Positions 1-10,354 of a DNA stretch of 64,000 bases are shown piece after piece. The stretch's first letter is position 1, and each line of letters opens with the position of its first letter. The notes under the pieces are model-generated. The model searched no databases, had not been told where the DNA came from, and saw nothing but the letters and a program-made list of their open reading frames with translations. Location: contig MNTT01000008.1 in the NCBI GenBank assembly GCA_001917135.1, positions 78,564-142,563 on the forward strand. The letters are read 5' to 3'. Source of the DNA: Acetobacter sp. 46_36 (GTDB lineage: Bacteria; Pseudomonadota; Alphaproteobacteria; RF32; CAG-239). The translations under genes and the position numbers were made by a program.

Positions 1-528
1 TTAAAAAAGCTCCTGCACCATATTGATGTTCCCAATACCCGGAGTTACACCGCCCGCGTCATCGCCGAAAACGGCAACGCCTTTGCCAATTCGCTGATAA
101 TCTATCTCGGCAACGCTTATCCCTACATCAAAAGCGGCTATGCCGTCGTCAACGCTGCCGGCCTCATCGGACGTATTGATATTGTCAGCGGGCGCTATGC
201 GCGCGTTACGCTTATCACCGACATCAACTCCAAAATTCCGGTCGTTTCGCAAAAAAGCCGCGACCGCGGCATTCTCGCCGGCAACAACGGCAGAGAGCTT
301 TCTCTGATATTTACCCCGCTTCTGGCCGAACTGCACAAAGGCGACCTGCTGGTTACATCCGGTATCGGCGGCGGCCTCCCGCCCGATATTCCCGTCGCCC
401 GCATTAAAAGAGCCGGTGTTGACAACATTACCGCCGTTCCGTTATTTACGCCGTCTGACATTGAAGTCGTCAAAATTATTGCTTATGACGTTCTCCCCGA
501 CCCCGAAACTGCAAAGGAACTCGAATAA
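1..528 (+). CDS. mreC: Rod shape-determining protein MreC, C-terminal part (5' end outside window)
   Basis: Frame 1 is open from position 1 to TAA at 526-528. The translation (...GRIDIVSGRYARVTLITDINSKIPVVSQKSRDRGILAGNN...LLVTSGIGGGLPPDIPVARIK...) is MreC-like. It sits directly upstream of mreD-mrdA-rodA, and its stop overlaps the mreD ATG. Confidence 0.75.
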   Translation, partial: LKKLLHHIDVPNTRSYTARVIAENGNAFANSLIIYLGNAYPYIKSGYAVVNAAGLIGRIDIVSGRYARVTLITDINSKIPVVSQKSRDRGILAGNNGRELSLIFTPLLAELHKGDLLVTSGIGGGLPPDIPVARIKRAGVDNITAVPLFTPSDIEVVKIIAYDVLPDPETAKELE

Positions 529-1058
529 TGGCGGCAATAAAAAATTTCTTCGCCGGCATTGGCGTATATGCCGTCCCTGTTTTAAGCATCATGGCAATGG
601 TGTTGGTATTTTACATTCCCCGTTTTACGGAATTTTGGAATTACCTGCGGCTCGCTCCTTTTTACGCCGGAATTTATTTTTGGATTAGCCAGCGCCCGGA
701 CGCCTTCAACGGCATTTCGGCATTCGTCTTGGGTATTTTTGCCGACGTTGTCAGCGCAGCCCCGCTCGGTGTCAACGTTATGGCTTTTTTGGTTTTGTAC
801 TTTCTCGCCTCCCGCTTTTCCGCCAGTTTCAACATAAAAAAGTTCTCTTATTCCTGGATGCTGTTTGCCGTAGCTGCTTTCGCCGCCATGCTGTTCAAAG
901 CACTCATCATCAGCGCTTTCTACCGGGCATTCGTCCCTCTTAATTTTCTCATATTCGAATATCTGCTGACCGTTACGCTTTATCCGATTCTCGCCCGTTT
1001 CTACATCTGGGCGGAAGGACGGTACATCCATCTGGAGGAGCGGTATGAGAAAATCTAA
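528..1058 (+). CDS. mreD: Rod shape-determining protein MreD (polytopic membrane protein)
   Basis: 176-aa hydrophobic protein positioned between mreC and the PBP2 gene. Start overlaps the mreC stop and the 3' end overlaps mrdA, indicating translational coupling. Confidence 0.7.
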   Translation: MAAIKNFFAGIGVYAVPVLSIMAMVLVFYIPRFTEFWNYLRLAPFYAGIYFWISQRPDAFNGISAFVLGIFADVVSAAPLGVNVMAFLVLYFLASRFSASFNIKKFSYSWMLFAVAAFAAMLFKALIISAFYRAFVPLNFLIFEYLLTVTLYPILARFYIWAEGRYIHLEERYEKI

Positions 1059-2856
1059 CGACAAGCTGAGGATTTTGCTCAAACGGTCGCTGGTTATGTT
1101 CAGCGTCAATATTTTTCTGCTCTTTGTCCTCGTCGGCCGTCTGTATTATCTGCAGGTTTATCAAGGGGAAAAATACGCGCTTCTGGCCGACAGCAACCGC
1201 TTTTCTACCCGTCTGCTGGTTCCGCCGCGCGGCAGCATAAATGACCGCAACGGCATAGAACTTGCCACAAATATCCAAAACTTTCAGGCCATGCTGATTG
1301 CCGAACAGGTACGCGGCAGCATTGACACCCTGTTGCAGGAAATTTCGCCGATTCTCTCGCTGTCGCCCGAAGATGTCGCCCGTATCCGCAAAGATATCGC
1401 GCGGCACCGCCGCTTTGCCCCGGTCAAAATCAAAGACAACCTGAGCTGGGAAGAAGTTGCAGCCCTGATGCTGGACAACCACCGCTGGCCGGGGCTTGTC
1501 ATCGACCAGGGTCTGGTGCGCAGTTATCCGTTCCGCGAATATACCGCCCATCCGCTCGGCTATGTCGGTTCCGTTTCCGAAAAAGACCTTAAAAATTCAG
1601 ATGCTCCCCTGTTGCAGGTTCCCGGTTTCAAAATCGGCAAATCCGGATTTGAAAAAACGTATGACGAAAGCCTGCGCGGCACCGAAGGTTCCCTGAAATA
1701 CGAAGTCAACGCCTACGGCCGCATTATGCGCGAAATTGAAAAAATCGACGGAACCAAAGGCAAAGATTTGGATTTGACTATTGACATCCGCCTCCAGCAG
1801 GCCGCTTACGACGCTTTCGGCGACGAAGCGGGCGCCGCTGTCGTCCTTGACGTACATACCGGCGAAATCCTCGCATTCGTTTCCGCCCCCGGCTTTGACC
1901 CCAATCTTTTCGTCGACGGCATCTCCGTCAAAAACTGGAACAATCTGCTCTATGACGAAAAAACGCCGCTGACCGACAAAGCAATTTCAGGGCAGTATTC
2001 CCCCGGTTCGACATTTAAAATCGTCGTAGCCCTTGCCGCGCTCGAGGCCGGCGTGATTGACGACAAAACCAGCTTTTTCTGCTCCGGCAGAATGAAGCTC
2101 GGCAACCATTTGTTCCACTGTTGGAAACACTACGGACACGGACGGCAGACACTCGTCGAAGCTATAAAAAATTCCTGCGATATTTTCTTTTACGAAACGG
2201 CGCTAAAACTCGGCATCGAAAAAATCGCCGCCATGAGCCGGCGCCTCGGCCTTGGCACCGTTTATGACCTGGGGCTGGAAAACCAGAAAGCCGGTGTCAT
2301 TCCCGACCGCGACTGGAAACGCGCCAAATTCAACGCGCCGTGGCAGCAGGGAGAAACCGTCATCGCCGGCATCGGCCAGGGCTATGTCCTCGTAACGCCG
2401 CTCCAGCTGGCAACTATGCTGGCTCGCGTTGTCAATGGCGGCTATGCCGTCACCCCGACATTCGTCAAAACGGAAAATACCCCCGCTCCGCAATCGCTGA
2501 ACCTTAATCCGGCTGACATAGAACTGGTAAAAAAAGGCATGTTTGAAGTTGTCAACGGCGTCGGCGGAACCGCAACACGCGCCAAAATCAACTTCAACGG
2601 CATAAAAATCGGTGGCAAAACCGGAACCACGCAGGTACGCCGCATCAGCCTCAAAGAACGAGCCGAAGGCATAAAAAAAGACGAAGACCTGCCCTGGAAA
2701 TACCGCAACCACGCCTGGTTTATGGCATACGCCCCGCATGACAAACCCAAGTATGCGGTTGCCGTCATCGTCGAACACGGCCGTTCGGGCGCAGGCGTTG
2801 CCGCCCCCATCGCCTCCAAAATCCTTGAAGAAGCCCTCAGGCTGGACATCAGATAA
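1045..2856 (+). CDS. mrdA: Penicillin-binding protein 2 (peptidoglycan D,D-transpeptidase MrdA)
   Basis: 603 aa with an N-terminal TM anchor and an SxxK active-site motif (SGQYSPGSTFK) plus a KTGT motif (GGKTGTTQ). Lies in the canonical mreCD-mrdA-rodA order. Confidence 0.9.
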   Translation: MRKSNDKLRILLKRSLVMFSVNIFLLFVLVGRLYYLQVYQGEKYALLADSNRFSTRLLVPPRGSINDRNGIELATNIQNFQAMLIAEQVRGSIDTLLQEISPILSLSPEDVARIRKDIARHRRFAPVKIKDNLSWEEVAALMLDNHRWPGLVIDQGLVRSYPFREYTAHPLGYVGSVSEKDLKNSDAPLLQVPGFKIGKSGFEKTYDESLRGTEGSLKYEVNAYGRIMREIEKIDGTKGKDLDLTIDIRLQQAAYDAFGDEAGAAVVLDVHTGEILAFVSAPGFDPNLFVDGISVKNWNNLLYDEKTPLTDKAISGQYSPGSTFKIVVALAALEAGVIDDKTSFFCSGRMKLGNHLFHCWKHYGHGRQTLVEAIKNSCDIFFYETALKLGIEKIAAMSRRLGLGTVYDLGLENQKAGVIPDRDWKRAKFNAPWQQGETVIAGIGQGYVLVTPLQLATMLARVVNGGYAVTPTFVKTENTPAPQSLNLNPADIELVKKGMFEVVNGVGGTATRAKINFNGIKIGGKTGTTQVRRISLKERAEGIKKDEDLPWKYRNHAWFMAYAPHDKPKYAVAVIVEHGRSGAGVAAPIASKILEEALRLDIR

Positions 2857-2873
2857 CCGCGTCGGAGAAAAAT

Positions 2874-4007
2874 ATGGCAATTATACTCAACCAAAATCAA
2901 GAACTAACGCTCAAAGAGCGCTTTTTTAACCTGAATTTTATTTTCATCCTCATCATTGCCCTTCTGGCTGCCATAGGCTGCATTACCCTTTATTCCGCCG
3001 CCGGAGGCAAAATGACACCGTGGGCACTCAATCAGGAAATCCGCTTCGGCATGGGATTGGGCGTTATGATTGTCGCCGCACTGATTCGTCCCGAATTCTA
3101 CTATAAAATCGCCACTCCTTTTTATCTGTTCACGCTCTTTCTGCTTCTTGTCGTTGATGTCGCCGGACATACCGGCATGGGCGCCCAGCGCTGGATAAAC
3201 CTCGGTTTCTTCAAGCTTCAGCCTTCCGAATTGATGAAACTGGCCATCGTTTTGCAGCTCGCCCGCTACTTCAGCAATACGCCGTACGAAGAAATCCGCA
3301 CCCTGCGCGGCATAGTCATTCCGGCCGTTACTGTTGCCGTCCCCGTCGCATTTATTATGATTCAACCGGATTTGGGCACATCGCTGATGGTCTTGTTCTG
3401 TGCCGCCGCCCTGTTTTATCTCGCCGGTGTCCAGTGGTGGAAATTCGCCGCCGTCATCGCCGCCGTCGCTGCAGCAGCCCCCGTGCTTTGGCATTTTCTG
3501 CACGACTACCAGAAGAATAGAATTTTGACGTTCCTGGACCCTGAACGCGACCCGCAGGGAGCCGGCTACCATATTATTCAGGCCAAAATTGCCCTCGGCT
3601 CCGGCAGCGTCTGGGGCAAAGGTTTTCTTTCCGGCACCCAGAGCCACCTGAATTTCCTCCCCGAAAAACATACCGACTTTATCTTTACCACATTCTCGGA
3701 AGAATTCGGCATGATGGGCGGCGCCTTTATTCTGTTTCTCAACCTGATTCTGATTAGCTACGGCTATTGGTTCGCTTTCCGCATCCATAACTCAAACTAC
3801 TTTGGCAAAATGGTCATTCTTGGTTTAAATACCAACTATTTCCTGTATGTTTTCATCAATGTCGCCATGGTTATCGGCCTGCTCCCGGTCGTCGGAATTC
3901 CCTTGCCGCTGATTAGCTACGGCGGCACCGTCATCATCTCGGTAATGGCAAGCTTCGGCATCATGCTGTCATTTTACGCCAACCGCGACCGCGAATTAAA
4001 AAAATAA
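2874..4007 (+). CDS. rodA: Peptidoglycan glycosyltransferase RodA (FtsW/RodA/SpoVE, SEDS family)
   Basis: 377-aa polytopic membrane protein with SEDS-family character (..QPDLGTSLMV.., ..GSGSVWGKGFL..) immediately after the PBP2 gene. Confidence 0.9.
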   Translation: MAIILNQNQELTLKERFFNLNFIFILIIALLAAIGCITLYSAAGGKMTPWALNQEIRFGMGLGVMIVAALIRPEFYYKIATPFYLFTLFLLLVVDVAGHTGMGAQRWINLGFFKLQPSELMKLAIVLQLARYFSNTPYEEIRTLRGIVIPAVTVAVPVAFIMIQPDLGTSLMVLFCAAALFYLAGVQWWKFAAVIAAVAAAAPVLWHFLHDYQKNRILTFLDPERDPQGAGYHIIQAKIALGSGSVWGKGFLSGTQSHLNFLPEKHTDFIFTTFSEEFGMMGGAFILFLNLILISYGYWFAFRIHNSNYFGKMVILGLNTNYFLYVFINVAMVIGLLPVVGIPLPLISYGGTVIISVMASFGIMLSFYANRDRELKK

Positions 4008-4097
4008 CCCTCTGCACCAGCCGCTAACCTCTTGAAACCGGACATTTTCGGCATATATGTGCTTGCATCTTAAAACTCAACAAAAGGAGAATATGCC

Positions 4098-4529
4098 ATG
4101 CAAACCATAAAAACGCCCCGGCCATGGAAAAAACTCATCAGCCTGTTTGCTGTTGCGGCAACGCTTGCAGGGTGCGCCAGTTCGCAAAAATACAACGCCC
4201 GCCTCAACGGCGAACTGGGAAAGACCTCACAACAGCTGATAAGCGCTTTCGGACAACCGTCAAAAGTACGCAAATTGGCCAACGGCGATGAAATAATCTC
4301 CTATGTCAGTATCAACTATCAGGTTATCCCCGACCCCAATTATTACTTCAATACCGGATTTATGACCGAAAACGAATTGTTTGACCCGTTTACATACGGT
4401 GATGACGAAATCCCCGTCGGAGATTTTATGGGAGAAACAATTACCGATTTTTGCAAAACCGATTTCTATCTGACAAACAACGTCGTAACGTCATGGCAAT
4501 GGCGGGGAAATGCCTGTGACGCGTTGTAA
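4098..4529 (+). CDS. Putative lipoprotein
   Basis: Signal peptide followed by a lipobox (LAGC-ASS). No recognisable domain. An RBS (AAGGAGAA) precedes the ATG. Confidence 0.55.
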   Translation: MQTIKTPRPWKKLISLFAVAATLAGCASSQKYNARLNGELGKTSQQLISAFGQPSKVRKLANGDEIISYVSINYQVIPDPNYYFNTGFMTENELFDPFTYGDDEIPVGDFMGETITDFCKTDFYLTNNVVTSWQWRGNACDAL

Positions 4530-4561
4530 CGGCGCCTTTCCCCAACTCTCCGCTGCAAATA

Positions 4562-5608
4562 TCAGGAACGCTGGCTTTCCCTTTCCGCCCGCCGCAAAGC
4601 TATAAGCCGTACTAAATCATCATCACTGTGAAATGCCGCAGTCTCTTTTGCCGATGCACGGCTAAACGTCTGATTCTGATGTTGGTATTTCTCACAAAGG
4701 ATACGCTCTGTTTTCCGGCATTGTTCAAAATGGTTCTTCAAGCTCTGCGCCAAACTGTCGCGCCCGACGTTTTCCTGCCGGATGTCTACCGTTTCAAACT
4801 TTTTCTCCTGCACGGGGGAAATGTTAATTCCCTGTTTTTTCAATAATTCCCCGAACTGTTTCATCGTTTCCGGAGACAAATGACGGAGAGCCGCCTGCTG
4901 CGGCTGTTGACGCAGATAATCCGCCATGCGCTTTTGCACATTTTTATCCGCCAGTTTTGCCGTCATCCGCCGCAATTCGTTTTCCATACCCGAAAGTTTC
5001 ATTCCCGCCGCAGCTTTTTCCGTTTCCGTACCGCTGCGCAGCATCCTGCGGCGTTCCCTGTCAATACATTTGGCCAAATGCAGAATATATTTCTCCGTCT
5101 GGCTGTTTTTCCAATCTGCCTCGATAGCTTTCCGGTCGCTTTCGCGCAGCTCGCGCCACTTCGCTGCCTGTTCGGCGTTAAGCGGCCTGCCGCCGGCTTC
5201 TTTAAGCAGGAGCATACGCTGTTCCCGGTTCGCCGCCATAATAGCCGCCGTTTCCGCCGCATATCCGAGAGCCAGCAGGGTAACTGTATAATCCATAAGT
5301 TCCCGCGTTTCCTTCTCTTCCTGATTCAGCTTCTGTTCCTCTTCTTCCACAAAGCCGCGAACGTTTTCGTTGCCGTTTAAGACTTCCGTCGGAATAATGT
5401 CGCGATACCGGCTTTTAATCCATTCCGGAATATCCCGCCATATTTTATAATGGTTCTCGTGGCGCGAAAGAATGGTGGTTACGACATCGTCAGGCGCATT
5501 TTCAGCTGTTGCCCGCCGATAATCGTCAGGATAATTCGCATATAAAAATCTTTTAAAATCATTCGAACAATCTGCCATGACACGCCTCTTTCCAGCCGGT
5601 TTGCGCAT
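4562..5608 (-). CDS. Hypothetical charged, coiled-coil-rich protein (likely starts at internal Met, MADCSNDF)
   Basis: Long ORF on the minus strand with a highly charged, helical composition. No motif recognised. Confidence 0.45.
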   Translation of the reverse strand: MRKPAGKRRVMADCSNDFKRFLYANYPDDYRRATAENAPDDVVTTILSRHENHYKIWRDIPEWIKSRYRDIIPTEVLNGNENVRGFVEEEEQKLNQEEKETRELMDYTVTLLALGYAAETAAIMAANREQRMLLLKEAGGRPLNAEQAAKWRELRESDRKAIEADWKNSQTEKYILHLAKCIDRERRRMLRSGTETEKAAAGMKLSGMENELRRMTAKLADKNVQKRMADYLRQQPQQAALRHLSPETMKQFGELLKKQGINISPVQEKKFETVDIRQENVGRDSLAQSLKNHFEQCRKTERILCEKYQHQNQTFSRASAKETAAFHSDDDLVRLIALRRAERESQRS

Positions 5609-5840
5609 TTCATAATAAATTATTATAACACAGATTTTCTTTTACCGCAATAAAAAAATCCCTGCTCCGTTTTATGCCTCCCCAAGCCTTCTGCAACTTT
5701 CCCCGCAACCGCAAAACGCCGTAAAAAAATCCCCGCCGGCAACGCCGCACGGGGAAACAGTCTTCAAACAACGCTTTGCCCGAAACACGCCTTGCCCGGA
5801 ACACTCTTTGCCGATATACGGCAGCATTCCCCGGACAAAA

Positions 5841-6215
5841 CTATGTCGTTTCATTCAGCCGCTCGTCTGCATCGCGCCGGCAGTACTTGTTCATATAAAG
5901 GACAAACCGGAAAACCAGCGCCACGCCGGATAGCAGAACGCCAAAACACAAATACCCTCCGGCTTTTTCCATACCGAAAGCAAACATCAGCAGCCCAAGT
6001 GCCAGAAAAAACAGCATCAGATACAAAAGCTTGGCATCAAACGAGCTCCGCAAAATGAAACTCAGAACCAGAGCCTCTGCCATTCCGACACTGGCACCAA
6101 ACAGGCAAACCAAGGCAGCAACATGCCCAACCCAGAAAGATACGGCGCACAACACTCCGCAAAGCGCAACAAGAACATACAGGTATTGCGCCTTTCGCAC
6201 ATTTGAATTTTTCAT
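5841..6215 (-). CDS. Small membrane protein (4 predicted TM helices)
   Basis: 124-aa hydrophobic ORF with no recognised family. Confidence 0.4.
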   Translation of the reverse strand: MKNSNVRKAQYLYVLVALCGVLCAVSFWVGHVAALVCLFGASVGMAEALVLSFILRSSFDAKLLYLMLFFLALGLLMFAFGMEKAGGYLCFGVLLSGVALVFRFVLYMNKYCRRDADERLNETT

Positions 6216-6505
6216 AAATTAATAATATTAAAAACAACACTATATCTAAATAACTTAAAAACTGTCCAAACTTATCAAAAAGTATTTTGAAATTCAAGCC
6301 TAAAATAAAAAATTATTTTTTCTCAGGCTGATGCTCTGCTGCCGGTTTCAACCAAAAAATTCCCCGCCTCAAACCGGTTTTCAGCCGCCGCAGCCTGCTC
6401 TGTCTCCGCCTCCGGTTTTCCTGCAATAAAGATTTCCAGCTATTTTGCACTTCGGCATAACCGTAAGTAACGCCTTTCCGGTTTTCCTGCAATGAAGATT
6501 TTCAA

Positions 6506-7471
6506 TTATTTCGTACCGTAAAGAAACCATCTGAGCTTTGCTTTTGCCAAGGACATAGCCGCTCTGGTCGGCGCACTGGCGCTTAACTCGTTAAGCATCA
6601 TAAAATCGTGAATAGTTCCGTTAAACCTGGCCGAAAAAGTTTTTACGCCCGCACTGTCAAGCTTGCGCGCATAAGCCTCTCCTTCATCGCGCAAAACGTC
6701 ATTCTCGCCGGTAATGACCAACGCCGGAGGCAAATCGCGCAATTCGTCAACCGTTGCCATTAACGGAGACGCTTCTTTGCTTTTACGTTTCTCCTTATCC
6801 GGCAGATATTGTTCCCAAAACCACTCCATTGCCTGTTTTGTCAGCCACGGCCCATCGGCAAACTGCCGATAGGTTTCCGTATCAAAATCCGCGTTGGTTA
6901 CCGGATAAAGCAGCAGCTGGAAATCTATCGTCGGCGTAAATCCGTTTTCCTTTGCCATCAGCGTCATAACCGCAGCCATATTCCCGCCGACACTGTCTCC
7001 GGCTACCGCCAGATGCGAAGTGTCCAGGCCGTATTTATCGCCATGTGATGCAATATATTCCAACGCTTTGAATAAATCTTCCACGACTTCGGGAAACTGC
7101 CCTTCCGGTGCCGGCGTATAAATCGGAAAGACAACCGCCGCCGGAATATCTGCCGCCAGCTCTGCCACCAGCCGGCGATGGGTTATATTATCGCCCATAA
7201 CCCAGCCGCCTCCGTGAATATAGTAAATAACGCCGAGTTCTCCGGTAACACCCTTGGGTTTTGTAATTTCCAACCGCATCATACGTCCGCCGCCGACCTC
7301 AATTTCTGCCTCTTTGCGCTCAACATCGGGTTCCTCGGTTTTCGCCTCCTGCACGCCGCGCAAAACCCCGCGCGCCTCTTCCGGCGTCAATTCATATAGT
7401 GGCTTGCCGCCGGCTTCGTTTATCTTTTCAACAAAATCCCGTACCTGATTAAATAAATTTACTTTTGCCAT
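6506..7471 (-). CDS. Alpha/beta-hydrolase fold-3 esterase/lipase (HSL-like)
   Basis: Carries an oxyanion-hole HGGG motif (YYIHGGGWVMGD) and a nucleophile elbow (GDSVGGN, i.e. GDSAGG-type). About 320 aa, typical for this family. Confidence 0.8.
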   Translation of the reverse strand: MAKVNLFNQVRDFVEKINEAGGKPLYELTPEEARGVLRGVQEAKTEEPDVERKEAEIEVGGGRMMRLEITKPKGVTGELGVIYYIHGGGWVMGDNITHRRLVAELAADIPAAVVFPIYTPAPEGQFPEVVEDLFKALEYIASHGDKYGLDTSHLAVAGDSVGGNMAAVMTLMAKENGFTPTIDFQLLLYPVTNADFDTETYRQFADGPWLTKQAMEWFWEQYLPDKEKRKSKEASPLMATVDELRDLPPALVITGENDVLRDEGEAYARKLDSAGVKTFSARFNGTIHDFMMLNELSASAPTRAAMSLAKAKLRWFLYGTK

Positions 7472-7670
7472 ATCCTTTTCCTCCTCTGCCGAAAAAATAG
7501 GACATAAATTTTCGTTTTCAAGTCACGGAAACTTCGTTTTCAACCCTAAATGAAAATATAAAACCGGCAGCCGATACAAAACCGGCTATAAATGCCATAC
7601 CGGCATAATATAAAATGCCACAGCTGCATAGCATAAATATGAAACCCGATGCAGGCGCAAATGCAAGAAA

Positions 7671-7747
7671 TGGTGTCAGCGGCGGGACTCGAACCCACTA
7701 CCCACAGTTTAGGAAACTGTTGCTCTATCCTGATGAGCTACGCCGAC
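7671..7747 (-). tRNA. tRNA-Arg (anticodon CCT)
   Basis: Reverse complement reads GTCGGCGTAGCTCATCAGGATAGAGCAACAGTTTCCTAAACTGTGGGTAGTGGGTTCGAGTCCCGCCGCTGACACCA. It has a 7-bp acceptor stem, a D-arm (GCTC/GAGC), an anticodon loop TTCCTAA, a T-arm GGTTCGAGTCC, and an encoded CCA. Confidence 0.9.
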
Positions 7748-7966
7748 ACACTGATATAATGTATAAAACCCGGCAAAATATTTTGCAAGCAAAATTTTTC
7801 CTGCCAGCCCTGTTTTCAGCTCGGCAACCCCGCCTGCACCCCCGCTCGGCAAGCACGCCGGCAACAAGACGCGGGCTGAAACGCCATGAGATTTTTCCGG
7901 TTTATGCTTGCCAACCCGCAAATTTTAAGCTATTATTAAAGTAATGAAGATTATTTTGTATGCGAA

Positions 7967-8581
7967 ATGACTATGGTTGATCAAAACGATATTGCTGCCG
8001 ATAAATACCTCAAAACTGACGCCATCACTTTTGAAGAACTTCCGTATATACAAAAATATCAAAATCTACTCCGGCTTCCCGACAAAGAAACTTCCCTGAA
8101 GCTCTTCACCAAACAGGAACCGGAACCGCAGCAGATTGTCATCCTGAAAACCCGGCATGCCGAAAACGCCGGCAAAATAGAAAAAGGCCTTCAGCGTTTG
8201 AAATCGCTGGAAGGAGCCATTGCCGCCAAACAATTCCAAGCCGAACAGGATACTGCATGGCTGGATCGTGCCAATATGTTCAAAACCCGCCTGCTTGCCA
8301 TTCTTCCGCCTGTTTTTCGCAAAGAAGGGGAAATCTTTCTCAACCGCTTCATTATGGAAAATCTGAACGAAGATTATAAGGAGATTTCCATTCCGGGAGC
8401 TTCCCGCCGACCTGTTCCCGGCGCTAATTATATGCCGGGAGCGCATCCTCAGAAACAAGGTTTTCCCCTCAAAGTCAAGACTTTGTTTTACCAGCAGCAA
8501 CTGCAAAAATTCCGCGATGAATTTAACCAGACAAACAATTGTTACTTAAAAATATGCAACAAAACTTCCATAAAACCGTAA
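7967..8581 (+). CDS. Hypothetical protein (204 aa)
   Basis: ORF with no recognisable motif. Lies downstream of the tRNA-Arg gene. Confidence 0.4.
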   Translation: MTMVDQNDIAADKYLKTDAITFEELPYIQKYQNLLRLPDKETSLKLFTKQEPEPQQIVILKTRHAENAGKIEKGLQRLKSLEGAIAAKQFQAEQDTAWLDRANMFKTRLLAILPPVFRKEGEIFLNRFIMENLNEDYKEISIPGASRRPVPGANYMPGAHPQKQGFPLKVKTLFYQQQLQKFRDEFNQTNNCYLKICNKTSIKP

Positions 8582-8661
8582 GGCACAAAAGGCCGCTTGC
8601 ATACGACAGTCAAATCATGGATAATATTTAGAGGGCAGAAAAAGGGCATATCAATGCCGAA

Positions 8662-10299
8662 TTGCAGAGGCTGACGGCTGAAAATGAAACCATAAGCCAA
8701 AATATGAACCGGCTGCTTGCCGCCATAGCTCTCAAACGGGAAAAATTTGCCGAAATTTATAGCAAGAGGCTGTTTCGCACGGACTTTTGCGATTCCGGCG
8801 TTGCTGCCGCACTGGAAAGCGGCCTGCTGGGTGGCACTGAAACGGAAAAACAATATCTGGCAACCCTGCTGAACACCGTTTGCGAACATTCTCCCGTTGG
8901 CCGCAGCATTATCCGCGAATGCCTGCAAAACGGCATCTTCTACCGCCTGCAAAACTGCTCGGACAGCCCAAATGCACACGTTCACACCCCCCGAACGGTT
9001 ATTCTCACCGCCGGAGATATGTCCTCAATCGCCAAACAGCTTCCGGAAGTAGTCCGACAATCCAGATACGCCATGCAAAAAATAACCGCAGCACCAAACG
9101 GTTCCCCTTCTTTTACCAACCTCTATTTGAACGGCTGCCTGTCCGAACGGGATGCACTCGCCGTTACCTGCGCTTTCGCCTATGATGTCAAAGACGTTTT
9201 TCCCGAAATTTATGAAACCGGACTGTGCCGCGCTCCGGCCATGTTGCGGGCATATGCTCAGGCTTATGCCGCCGCGGCCGCTGCTCCTGCAAATGCCCGT
9301 TCCCTTTCTCAGGACAGCTCCGCCGCCGTAAATTGCGTCATTGCAGGCGCAAACAGCGCCGCCCTCGCCTGGGACGATGATTTCGGCGAATTTTACAAAA
9401 AAAGATACTGCAGCAAAACAGAATATTATTTTCCGTTGTTCTCTGCTGAAAGTCCGCAAGCGGAAACGCCTGAAAACATTATGCGGCAAAACAATATTAC
9501 GATTTTCGGCCGTCCCTATTTGAATCTCCAAGAGGCCGTCAACCGCTCGCTTACTGTATCCGATGAAGTTTTCGTCCGTTTGCAGGCAATTAACCGCATG
9601 CGCGAAAACAATAACCGCCGGCCCGACGACGGCATAAACTTTTTCACCCGCCGCAAATATACGCCTTCCGGCCAAAAAGGCCGCTGCGGGCTGCCTGTTT
9701 TTAATATAACGCAAATTCCCGGCAGTAAAGCCTTCAAAATAAAAAACTCCCGTTCCGCTTCTCAGGCGAATAACCGGGAGACAGGCGCCCCCCAAACTGA
9801 TATTGCCGCAGGCTGCAGCATTCAGCCTCCCGCATTGCAGCCGGTTTCCCTCAATCAGATTTTCCCTGCCCAACTGTCGGAATTTCCATCCTTTAATGAA
9901 ATTTCCGTATTGGCCGCACAGCAACAAATAACCTTTTTGGAAACGAAAGGCATTACCCGCAACAGCCTGCCCGTTCCCGCTCTGTTTAACGGCGTAACCC
10001 GTTGCATTCTTGTCAATAAAAGCTTTTCGGAAGGAGAACGCCTGTTTGCTGCCGCCGATATCGTTTTGACACTCGCAGACAGTCCCCGTACCGCCGGATT
10101 ACAACACCTCGCCGCCGAAATATCTTCCTTTTATCCTATCATGCGCGCCCGGGCTGCCGCCGATTGTCCGAACCGCGCCAATACACCGGCTACCAAGTCG
10201 TCAGAAGCTTCCGACAACAAAAATTCCCCGCTGTCCCAAACCGATTTTTGCGCTGCGTTATCCGCCTGTTTTGAGGATGCCGTCGCCAAATACAAATAA
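8662..10299 (+). CDS. Hypothetical protein (545 aa)
   Basis: Long ORF with an Ala/Ser-rich central region and no recognisable catalytic motif. Confidence 0.45.
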   Translation: MQRLTAENETISQNMNRLLAAIALKREKFAEIYSKRLFRTDFCDSGVAAALESGLLGGTETEKQYLATLLNTVCEHSPVGRSIIRECLQNGIFYRLQNCSDSPNAHVHTPRTVILTAGDMSSIAKQLPEVVRQSRYAMQKITAAPNGSPSFTNLYLNGCLSERDALAVTCAFAYDVKDVFPEIYETGLCRAPAMLRAYAQAYAAAAAAPANARSLSQDSSAAVNCVIAGANSAALAWDDDFGEFYKKRYCSKTEYYFPLFSAESPQAETPENIMRQNNITIFGRPYLNLQEAVNRSLTVSDEVFVRLQAINRMRENNNRRPDDGINFFTRRKYTPSGQKGRCGLPVFNITQIPGSKAFKIKNSRSASQANNRETGAPQTDIAAGCSIQPPALQPVSLNQIFPAQLSEFPSFNEISVLAAQQQITFLETKGITRNSLPVPALFNGVTRCILVNKSFSEGERLFAAADIVLTLADSPRTAGLQHLAAEISSFYPIMRARAAADCPNRANTPATKSSEASDNKNSPLSQTDFCAALSACFEDAVAKYK

Positions 10300-10354
10300 T
10301 TGCCGCTTTTTCTCTGGAAAAGCCCCGCCGTTCCGTCATAACCTCCGGCAGCCA

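Noticed and set aside
1-336. 111-aa minus-strand ORF at the window start
   Set aside because: The + strand frame 1 over the same region is open and encodes a clear MreC C-terminus in operon context with mreD-mrdA-rodA. The antisense ORF is a by-product of GC-rich codon third positions.
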